IMG/VR virus record: IMGVR_UViG_3300031628_000027
Coordinates: 1 to 28,826 of that record
Source: a virus
Lineage: Duplodnaviria > Caudoviricetes
Reading direction: 5' to 3' (one strand)
DNA: 28,826 bases
Below the pieces are notes generated by a model that was not told the DNA's origin, did not search any database, and worked only from the letters and a program-made list of their open reading frames with translations. The position numbers and the translations under genes were made by a program. Below, in pieces: positions 17,343 to 24,192 of the stretch; positions within the stretch are counted from its first letter, which is position 1; every line of letters starts with the position of its first letter.

Positions 17343-18501
17343 TTTTATTAAAGTTTAGCGCACTAAACTCCTTCCTGTCTACGAATTTTGATGGTCTGCC
17401 ACCTCTTATGGCTACAAACCCTTCTGGTTTAACTTTCTGTCCGTCTACTTCATGCCCCCATTCTGACTTCTGAGACATTGTTTTTGTAATAACGTCTTTA
17501 GCTGCCTGTAAGTGTTTGTGCATACCCATTGGTCCTGTGAAGTGGTCCTTATTCTTATTTATATGTCCCATGGTATTATCCATGGTAGTTTGGTGTCTGG
17601 CTTTAGCTTGATCTGTCTTAACGCCATCTATCTTCTTCTGATGGCTCTTAGCGTGATGTGCTACAAACCCCTCATGCGAGTGTTCTTCACCTGTCCGTAC
17701 TGTATGATTAATGTAAGTCTTCATTGCCACAGCGTGTTTCTGGACTGTCTCATGATGTTCTTTAGGGGTATTTTTGAAGTGTGCTACAGCCTGTTCCAAG
17801 TGATGGTCTACTTGCTTACGATCTTCTAAGCTATACCTGTGGCTAGTAACATCGTGGTTAGCACTCATAAGGTGCACATCTTTGTGCTTTGTGAACGTCT
17901 TAGCGTCAATAGCGCCGTGTTTAGCCTTCATATCCGCTATAGTCTTACCCTCATACTCCGTGTGTATCGCTAACCCTAGCTTAGCTCTCTTAGCTGCTTT
18001 ACCGTGTTCTGAGTCTGCTGGGGCGTGATATGTTATTAACTGTGGTGTAAAGTCTACCCTGTTGTTCTTCTTATCGTGGTTCACATCGCCCGCGTGCATG
18101 ATGTCCGCTTGGTACACACCATTTGGCTTTATCTTGTGAGCGTGATCTAAGGCACCCTTGAGCTTACTTACTAAGCCAGGTGCATGTCCATGATTCTTAT
18201 CTATATCCTCATGGGTGTGATTAATCTTTGGTGTTTTGTTGAATGCTGACTTGGATGCTACAAAGAACTTGCCGTTCTCTGGGTGTTTCCCAAATACAAC
18301 AGCTGGACTGCCATCGTACTTAATAGTTGTATCTGTTTGAGATTTCCCTTTACCTTGTAAGTCGTTGTGGACATCATTTATAGTATGGAATGCGTGTCCA
18401 AAACCTTTATGTCCAGCATGGATAACGTGGTCCTCAACATGCTCTAGATGTTTGAGTTTATCCTCTTCTTTGTCTTCTTTTAAAAATTCAGTAAATCTCA
18501 T
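17326..18501 (-). CDS. His-rich protein with covalent nucleotidyltransferase (RNA ligase-like) motifs and a CTS-like N-terminus
   Basis: TIKYDGSPA (motif I KxDG, K61), PEGFVA (motif IV-like) and SKFVDR (motif V-like). The N-terminus is MRFTEFLKE. Confidence 0.6.
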   Translation of the reverse strand: MRFTEFLKEDKEEDKLKHLEHVEDHVIHAGHKGFGHAFHTINDVHNDLQGKGKSQTDTTIKYDGSPAVVFGKHPENGKFFVASKSAFNKTPKINHTHEDIDKNHGHAPGLVSKLKGALDHAHKIKPNGVYQADIMHAGDVNHDKKNNRVDFTPQLITYHAPADSEHGKAAKRAKLGLAIHTEYEGKTIADMKAKHGAIDAKTFTKHKDVHLMSANHDVTSHRYSLEDRKQVDHHLEQAVAHFKNTPKEHHETVQKHAVAMKTYINHTVRTGEEHSHEGFVAHHAKSHQKKIDGVKTDQAKARHQTTMDNTMGHINKNKDHFTGPMGMHKHLQAAKDVITKTMSQKSEWGHEVDGQKVKPEGFVAIRGGRPSKFVDRKEFSALNFNKNDNRK

Positions 18502-18506
18502 GTTAG

Positions 18507-18514
18507 TATTTATA
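18507..18514 (-). promoter_or_regulatory. T4-type late promoter TATAAATA
   Basis: Exact match, 5 nt before the ATG at 18501. Confidence 0.8.
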
Positions 18515-19286
18515 ATAATTTTATAAAGGGAAAGTCTAATCTTTTACTTTTCGTCCCTTTTAATTTCATAACCTCCTCTACGGGTAATGGCACAGCAAAT
18601 TCTGTTTCTGAATAATATAATGTCTTATCAATATTCCTATCCACAACACCTTTCCTGCCTATTCTATTTAAACATACGATATTACCTGAATGTCTTTCTG
18701 AGACATCTGGTAACTCTTTTATTCTTTCTATAAACTCTCTGTCTCCCCAATGATGTCCTGTAAAGGACTCATCATAACCACCAGCTTCCCAATACAAATC
18801 CTTATTTATTATAAAGGAGTTCATATGTCCTGGATAAGTTAATATCTCTTGTTTATGTTTCAGCCAACAATCATGCTGATAAAACGATCTAGGATTGTAG
18901 ACCTTTGTCATCAGTCTTCCTGCTGTTTCTGTAGCAATTTGCATGTCTATATCAAAGAATGCTATTGTATCTGTTAAAGCGTATTTTGCTATTAAGTTTC
19001 TACATCCATGAGAATTGAAACCTAAGTTTTCAGTTACTTTCCATAGTTGTAATGAAGGACCATAATCAGGTAAGTCCCAGTCTTTTAATATATCTAAAGC
19101 TGGTATTTGTTCTGAGCCGTCGTCTACTAAGAATATATCTATTAGTGAAGGCCACTCTCGCCATATAGGTAGCAGGTTAGCTAACTGCTTGTCGTCCTCA
19201 AAATAAGTATACCCTATTGTAAGTCTAGGCTTCTTCTGTCTTGAGCTTTGTAACGTCTGTTGCTGGGAAGTCAATATCGTCTCCAT
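18510..19286 (-). CDS. GT-A fold glycosyltransferase (GT2/GT7-like)
   Basis: LVDDGS, GCRNL, FFDID (DxD) and GGYDESFTGHHWGDREF motifs. Confidence 0.85.
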   Translation of the reverse strand: METILTSQQQTLQSSRQKKPRLTIGYTYFEDDKQLANLLPIWREWPSLIDIFLVDDGSEQIPALDILKDWDLPDYGPSLQLWKVTENLGFNSHGCRNLIAKYALTDTIAFFDIDMQIATETAGRLMTKVYNPRSFYQHDCWLKHKQEILTYPGHMNSFIINKDLYWEAGGYDESFTGHHWGDREFIERIKELPDVSERHSGNIVCLNRIGRKGVVDRNIDKTLYYSETEFAVPLPVEEVMKLKGTKSKRLDFPFIKLL

Positions 19287-19557
19287 ATTTTAGCTGGAAA
19301 TTCTCATTATGTGTTAATGAGTCTTTGATGTAAACTTCATATCCTGAGAACACTTCAATAACCTGTTCAGACATCTTGCCTTCTAATGTGTGCTGGAAAC
19401 CGTCTACCATTCTACCAATCTCTGATAGCGTAGGCTCTCCCTGGCAATAACCAATTATATACTCGTTACTTCCAATTGGTTGCCACATAGGGAAGTCTTT
19501 TGAGACGCCCTTCGCCTCCCACACTCTAGTGGTAGCTACTACTTTCAGATCTTGCAT
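19225..19557 (-). CDS. Hypothetical protein
   Basis: 110-aa ORF in the operon with SD GGAG. No recognisable motif. Confidence 0.6.
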   Translation of the reverse strand: MQDLKVVATTRVWEAKGVSKDFPMWQPIGSNEYIIGYCQGEPTLSEIGRMVDGFQHTLEGKMSEQVIEVFSGYEVYIKDSLTHNENFQLKYGDDIDFPATDVTKLKTEEA

Positions 19558-19720
19558 TGTATAACTCCAAATTATTTTCTACTTTACTTATATCTATATC
19601 ATTTTTAGAAGCGATATCCTGTGCAGTAAATTTCCAGTAAGCTCTGAACTCACCATGTACTGCTCGTTTCTCTGCGTTAAGGCAGTTAACCACTCTACGA
19701 ATTGCTGTCGTTTTTTTCAT
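19526..19720 (-). CDS. Hypothetical protein
   Basis: 64-aa ORF overlapping both neighbours, with SD GAGG. Confidence 0.55.
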   Translation of the reverse strand: MKKTTAIRRVVNCLNAEKRAVHGEFRAYWKFTAQDIASKNDIDISKVENNLELYNARSESSSYH

Positions 19721-20219
19721 TATCTATTTCCTCGGGTTTAGCTTGGTAAGTCGGCATCGCGTCTTTGTAAGCTGTTAATTGATCTGTCTGGCTGGTAAAT
19801 ATTCTTTGTCTAAGAGATGTACTACTGAATGAGTGATCTCTTACATTGTAGAATAATTCTATTCCACGATCTAAACATATCTGCTTAGCCGTAAAATCTA
19901 TATCTCTATATTCTGTTCCGAGAATCCTTACATTTAAAGGGAGGGTGAGGAACAAGTCCTCTAATTCTGATTCTGTAGAGTACATAACTATCTCATCAAC
20001 ATACTTTACAGCAGCTAATTGTATTTGTCTCTCTACTATACTTTGTATTGGTTTGCTCTTAGATTCTCTATCATAAGTTGGATCTACTTGCAGCGCTGCT
20101 ATCAGGTAATCACAATGTCTTTTGGCCTCCTCCAGCATAACCACATGTCCAGCATGTAATAAATCGAAGGTACTACAGGTAATTCCTATCTTGCCACAGT
20201 CTTTGTAATCTAGCCTCAT
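19695..20219 (-). CDS. Glycerol-3-phosphate cytidylyltransferase-like (TagD-like)
   Basis: TCSTFDLLHAGH (HxGH), KPIQSIVER, VKYVDE and RDHSFSSTSLR motifs. Confidence 0.88.
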   Translation of the reverse strand: MRLDYKDCGKIGITCSTFDLLHAGHVVMLEEAKRHCDYLIAALQVDPTYDRESKSKPIQSIVERQIQLAAVKYVDEIVMYSTESELEDLFLTLPLNVRILGTEYRDIDFTAKQICLDRGIELFYNVRDHSFSSTSLRQRIFTSQTDQLTAYKDAMPTYQAKPEEIDNEKNDSNS

Positions 20220-20402
20220 ATTTCTATCTCCACCGCTTGCACATTTTTAGAATTTGTTCTAACAAGTTCATAATCCGCATCGCCCAAATAACATAACAAA
20301 AGGAGAAGTAGATTGCTTAAAATATGTTTCCACTTTTTCCACAAACCACATTATATATACTCCCAACATACTATTAACACAAAATCAACACAATTCAATT
20401 GT

Positions 20403-20888
20403 CTATCCCAATAATTCAATTCGCCACTCGTCAACAACATCAATAACATAAGCTAAGAAATCATCTTCAAAGTCTACATCATCAAACCCTTTTTTAAACC
20501 AACCGCCAGACTCTTCTCTCATTTTCTCGTTAACATACACACCGGCAAAGTTTAAGAACTCATCCTCATACGTCATGCTAAGTTTAACATTTATATCAAA
20601 TGTTCTTAAGTGTTCCAACAAGTTTTCTAAAAACTTATGAGGGGATATCCAAGCAGACTTTATTTCTACTTCTGTTCCCATGAACTTAGTAAGCTCTGCT
20701 GTCCTAGGTCCTATCCATTCGTCCATGAAGTGTGTGTCTACTATCTCCTCATTTGTAGGGAAGAAAGTACAATAAGCTATATCAACCTCATTGAATACTT
20801 CTAGTTCTGTGAATACTCTTAAAAATGCTGCCTCAGCTTCTGAGTTACTTGTTTCTATTTGTATAGTTGAATATACATTATTTGCCAT
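20403..20888 (-). CDS. Acidic hypothetical protein (possibly YubB/DUF1281 ferredoxin-like fold)
   Basis: MANNVYSTI start, SAWISP and YEDEFLNFAG patterns resemble that phage family. Not verified. Confidence 0.45.
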   Translation of the reverse strand: MANNVYSTIQIETSNSEAEAAFLRVFTELEVFNEVDIAYCTFFPTNEEIVDTHFMDEWIGPRTAELTKFMGTEVEIKSAWISPHKFLENLLEHLRTFDINVKLSMTYEDEFLNFAGVYVNEKMREESGGWFKKGFDDVDFEDDFLAYVIDVVDEWRIELLG

Positions 20889-21105
20889 GCTTTTGCTCCC
20901 TTTGTCTAACGAATGTTTTTGCTGTGTCTACAGCTAGGTGCCAACCACCTACATATTCCGTAAAAACTAAATCGTCTTTACTGAAAAATTCTACTTTGTA
21001 CAGGTCTGTGTCTTTAAACGGTTTTACTTCTGCACGGAAAAATTCGTTACCAAAGGTAGCTTCTAACTCTTGTATTTTATTCAACGGGGTATCTATCCCC
21101 TGCAA
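20878..21105 (-). CDS. Hypothetical protein
   Basis: 75-aa ORF coupled to its neighbours. Confidence 0.5.
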   Translation of the reverse strand: MQGIDTPLNKIQELEATFGNEFFRAEVKPFKDTDLYKVEFFSKDDLVFTEYVGGWHLAVDTAKTFVRQREQKHGK

Positions 21106-21316
21106 AATTGAGTTGCCTACTGCTGAGAATGTCTAACTTCTCTTGGTTGTTTGCTATAATTTCTATTTGAGTATCTATTGATTGAATTATGTCTGGATGC
21201 TCACCTATTCCCATAGGGTTTTGTAAGTATACTCTGACATTAGCTTTGGCTGCTGCTATGTTGCCTCTGTATAGTTGTTCTAATCCGTCTATTAAATCTT
21301 TACTCAAATCTGTCAT
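21077..21316 (-). CDS. Conserved small phage protein
   Basis: ANVRVYLQNPMGIGEHPDII motif, which I recall from many aquatic phages. SD AAGGA. Confidence 0.65.
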   Translation of the reverse strand: MTDLSKDLIDGLEQLYRGNIAAAKANVRVYLQNPMGIGEHPDIIQSIDTQIEIIANNQEKLDILSSRQLNFAGDRYPVE

Positions 21317-21335
21317 GTTGTTTCCTTATATTATC

Positions 21336-21411
21336 TGGAGCTTGAGATAGGAGTCGAACCTACGACCTGAGGTTTACAAAACCCCTGCTCTACCAACTGA
21401 GCTACCCAAGC
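21336..21411 (-). tRNA. tRNA-Thr(UGU)
   Basis: 76-nt cloverleaf: acceptor stem GCTTGGG/CTCAAGC, D arm AGCTCAGTTGGTAGAGC, anticodon loop TT-TGT-AA, T loop GGTTCGACTCC and an encoded CCA. Confidence 0.95.
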
Positions 21412-21549
21412 GAAACTAGTAGGCCTTTTTGTTTTCTCAGTCCCTGAGTTGAGACAAGTACCTGAAGTACTAGTTTGTGCCATGGTCTCAATTTGTTCTA
21501 ATTTCATACTATACTTAACTTATGTGGGTTATTGTTCCCACTCTCCTTT

Positions 21550-21557
21550 TATTTATA
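21550..21557 (-). promoter_or_regulatory. T4-type late promoter TATAAATA upstream of the tRNA leader
   Basis: Exact match about 140 nt upstream of tRNA-Thr. Confidence 0.65.
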
Positions 21558-21601
21558 GTTGGCCTTTTGATCTCGGACGACCTCGGTGTACCAAACCTCT
21601 T

Positions 21602-21650
21602 AAAAAGTTTGGGGAACAAAAGCCAGGATCACCAGCATTCTGTTCCCCAA
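21602..21650 (-). terminator. Long hairpin / intrinsic terminator after the HTH gene
   Basis: The minus strand reads TTGGGGAACAGAA-T-GCTGG-tgatc-CTGGC-TTTTGTTCCCCAA followed by ACTTTTT. Confidence 0.65.
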
Positions 21651-21657
21651 GGTGGTT

Positions 21658-21909
21658 CTAGCTGAAGCTAATACCAGCTGCGTGTGCCGCTGCTACCATT
21701 GCTCTGCTAGGAGTACCAAGACGGTAAGTAGGGTTACCTACTGTGTTGGTATTTGTGTAGATAGAATATCCTTTAGATCTCAAAACATTGATCTTTGCAG
21801 GTAGTCTATTTACTTTGAGTTTGTGTGTTGCCACAGCGTTACTCAACGCTTTGCCTTGATTCAAAAAGTTTAACACTTTTTGCTCTTGGCTCACTTTACG
21901 ATTAGCCAT
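21658..21909 (-). CDS. Winged helix-turn-helix DNA-binding protein
   Basis: SQEQKVLNFL..GKALS...RLPAKINVLRSKGYSIYT..YRLGTPSR pattern. Confidence 0.75.
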   Translation of the reverse strand: MANRKVSQEQKVLNFLNQGKALSNAVATHKLKVNRLPAKINVLRSKGYSIYTNTNTVGNPTYRLGTPSRAMVAAAHAAGISFS

Positions 21910-22269
21910 TTAGCTCTCCATATTATTGTTGGCAGAATTGCCAGTTTTAGCACCTTCGTTCACAGTCACAGTAGCTGATACAGTATTACCTGTTACTACC
22001 GTTCTTGTGGACTTGGGTACATTCCGATACACAACCTTTTGTAACGCATCTCTTACATCAAAGTTGGACTTAATGTCTTCCCTTTGGAGCAAGTAATTAG
22101 ATGCATCCTTCTTGGTCATGGCTTCCGGCAGCTCAGCGAACCACGTATCGTCGTTCCCTTTTGCCGTAAGTTTCTTAATGCGGGATACCATATCATTTCC
22201 GAATCTAGCCTTTGTTTGACCTTTTTCAGTTACGCTATAGCCTGCATAGTTAAATAGTTGTTCTGTCAT
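21910..22269 (-). CDS. Conserved early hypothetical protein
   Basis: FNYAGYS...KARFGND...ELPEAMTK motif, with its own sigma70-like promoter. Confidence 0.6.
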   Translation of the reverse strand: MTEQLFNYAGYSVTEKGQTKARFGNDMVSRIKKLTAKGNDDTWFAELPEAMTKKDASNYLLQREDIKSNFDVRDALQKVVYRNVPKSTRTVVTGNTVSATVTVNEGAKTGNSANNNMES

Positions 22270-22309
22270 TTTATCACCTTTATTTACATTTTCTCATTTA
22301 CAAGTACAC

Positions 22310-22338
22310 ATTATAGACTCTTTTAAACCAAGAGTCAA
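22310..22338 (-). promoter_or_regulatory. Early sigma70-like promoter
   Basis: TTGACT, a 17-nt spacer and TATAAT. Confidence 0.8.
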
Positions 22339-22362
22339 CCTTTTTGTGGACCAAAAGCACTA

Positions 22363-22872
22363 TTAAGCTGCTTTTAATACACGACTAATTAAACGCTCCT
22401 TCCTATAACTGATACCTTTCAAGTAACAGTACATTCCAGGGTCCATATCTGCGTCTTCAGCAGCCATGTCCCATTTAAGAGCTGTCTGGATATTCCCAGC
22501 GCCTATTGAAACTAAATGTCTAAGATGAGCTCTCCATGCTATGGTAGCTCTCTGTTCCCATTTTTGCTCACGCTCTTGAGTCTCATTGGAAGCTTTAATA
22601 TAGTACTCAAGCTCTTTCTCAAGCTCTGCAACAGACATTCCCATCCAATCAAACCTAGCTCTAAAGCCGTTTGCATCTTTGGACACATCTGAAATCGCAC
22701 CATAAAGTTCCCACTTAATCGCGTCTTCAATAGTATAAACACCGGATTCATTATACCATGCCACATCGTTAAACTCTGGACTTCTGCCATATTCAGCCAT
22801 ATCATGAGCCTTTTTAGCCTCACAAAATGCTTCTAATGTTACGAAATCTTGTAGTGTTGGTTGCTGTGTCAT
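22363..22872 (-). CDS. Early hypothetical protein
   Basis: 169-aa ORF behind a sigma70-like promoter, with an ISDVSKDANGFRAR motif. Confidence 0.65.
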   Translation of the reverse strand: MTQQPTLQDFVTLEAFCEAKKAHDMAEYGRSPEFNDVAWYNESGVYTIEDAIKWELYGAISDVSKDANGFRARFDWMGMSVAELEKELEYYIKASNETQEREQKWEQRATIAWRAHLRHLVSIGAGNIQTALKWDMAAEDADMDPGMYCYLKGISYRKERLISRVLKAA

Positions 22873-22905
22873 AATCTTTATACCCTTTTATTTAATTATA
22901 CCGTT

Positions 22906-22934
22906 ATTATGCACTCTTGAGGACCATAAGTCAA
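22906..22934 (-). promoter_or_regulatory. Early sigma70-like promoter
   Basis: TTGACT, a 17-nt spacer and CATAAT. Confidence 0.75.
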
Positions 22935-22983
22935 GCACTTTCTGCTATTCTTTTGAAATCTTTTCCAGTGTCAAATCAAGCGG

Positions 22984-23643
22984 TTAGGCGTAATGTAAAT
23001 ATGTTTGTAGGTTATATTTGGTTCCTTCGTCGGGCATGTTCTCAATTATAGGGTATTCCCACGTTGGTGGGTATACTACTACCCTTCCTTTGATGGATTC
23101 AACACCTACACCCTGCCGAGGGAAATTAGTCATTTTCTCGTTATCTTCGAGGAAGAATAGGAATCCTATCGCTCTGATGGCGCTTTCATGATTGACTACA
23201 TCAATATGTGGTTGGATTTCATGTTCTTCTGTAGAATCGTACTTTCTGATTTTTAATGATTCCAGTCCTTTATGAGCAATCATATTAGGGAGATTCAAAT
23301 CCTGTAAGTAATGCTCATATAGTGTCATAATGTGATCTTTCAAGTCATTATGTACTTCCTCACCGTCGTGGTACTTACTGTAAGCATATTGGATACAGTG
23401 GTTACCAGCGTCTTCTTCGTTTATCGTATCCCACTTTTCTTTATTTAGGTTGAAGACTTCTATCAAGTCATCACAAAATTTAGGATCTAATGCGCCATCA
23501 TATATTCTGATAGCACCTATTTGTTTAGCTTTTAATTCGTTTTCAAGAAGTAAAGAGTTCTCCATCAGTTTGATGTTCTTCTCTTCTGCTGTCATTTTTG
23601 GAGCTTCTACTGCCCCAGTTTCAATTCCGTTGGTGTCTTCCAT
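22984..23643 (-). CDS. 2OG-Fe(II) oxygenase superfamily protein (possibly degenerate)
   Basis: IRIYDGALDPKFCDDLI, KIRKY, PHID (HxD), FLFFL, GRVVVYPPTW and KYNLQTYLHY motifs. Confidence 0.75.
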   Translation of the reverse strand: MEDTNGIETGAVEAPKMTAEEKNIKLMENSLLLENELKAKQIGAIRIYDGALDPKFCDDLIEVFNLNKEKWDTINEEDAGNHCIQYAYSKYHDGEEVHNDLKDHIMTLYEHYLQDLNLPNMIAHKGLESLKIRKYDSTEEHEIQPHIDVVNHESAIRAIGFLFFLEDNEKMTNFPRQGVGVESIKGRVVVYPPTWEYPIIENMPDEGTKYNLQTYLHYA

Positions 23644-23840
23644 ACTAACTTTACTCCTCTTCGTGTTAATTCGTTTATAAACTTGCCTTTGTGTTTAGGC
23701 TTCCCTTCATTAATCGCTTTGATTAATTCTTCAGTTGATGTTTGCCCCACATAGTAGTGCTTTATTCTTGTTCTTTTAGTAGGTCTTCCGTCTGGACCTT
23801 TAATGTATTCTTTGTGGCTTGGTTTAAATTTTGGGGGCAT
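23607..23840 (-). CDS. Small basic hypothetical protein
   Basis: The likely start is the ATG at 23840 (MPPKFKPS), which has an AGGAG SD. The ORF track extends to 23891. Confidence 0.6.
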   Translation of the reverse strand: MPPKFKPSHKEYIKGPDGRPTKRTRIKHYYVGQTSTEELIKAINEGKPKHKGKFINELTRRGVKLVWKTPTELKLGQ

Positions 23841-23859
23841 TCTCTCTCCTGTTATATAA

Positions 23860-24192
23860 TTATTTTCCTTTTGTGTATGCTTGTGAACCAAAGAAGGCTG
23901 CTACAATACCTGCAACGGCTACAAAATATGTAGGTGCCATTGATCCTAGTGTTGCTTGTGCCTCGCTTAGTCCCGCTAAACTAGCAGTAACTACGGCGAA
24001 TGGATATAGTAATAGTCCGCCTAAAGCAAACCACGTCATCTTCCTCTGTGCGTCTCGCATCGCATCTGCGTCTTCGAGTTCTTTTCTCTTGAACTCTAGA
24101 AACATCTCTTCTTCTCTTTTGGATACCTTACCGTCACCATTTGTATCTGCTGGGTGAACATGTTTCGATACCTCTTTTACTTCCTCAGTCAT
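23860..24192 (-). CDS. Membrane protein with an EF-hand-like loop and two TM helices
   Basis: DTNGDGKVSKRE (DxNxDG loop) followed by two hydrophobic segments. Confidence 0.7.
   Translation of the reverse strand: MTEEVKEVSKHVHPADTNGDGKVSKREEEMFLEFKRKELEDADAMRDAQRKMTWFALGGLLLYPFAVVTASLAGLSEAQATLGSMAPTYFVAVAGIVAAFFGSQAYTKGK

Noticed and set aside
20220-20402. Small ORFs or a promoter in the gap upstream of the TagD-like gene
   Set aside because: There are only short, unconvincing ORFs, and a TATAAT without a correctly spaced -35. No call can be supported.
21412-21500. Hammerhead ribozyme in the tRNA leader
   Set aside because: CTGA and GAAA words occur, but not the CUGANGA...GAAA core with the required three-stem arrangement.
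21333-21507. Minus-strand ORF MKLEQIETMAQ... reading through the tRNA, and plus-strand ORF 21449..21661
   Set aside because: The first ORF overlaps a complete canonical tRNA and the second overlaps structured non-coding elements. Neither has an SD or a protein motif.
20220-22983. CRISPR mini-array or tandem repeats in the intergenic gaps
   Set aside because: No regularly spaced direct repeats were found, only promoters, hairpins and the tRNA.
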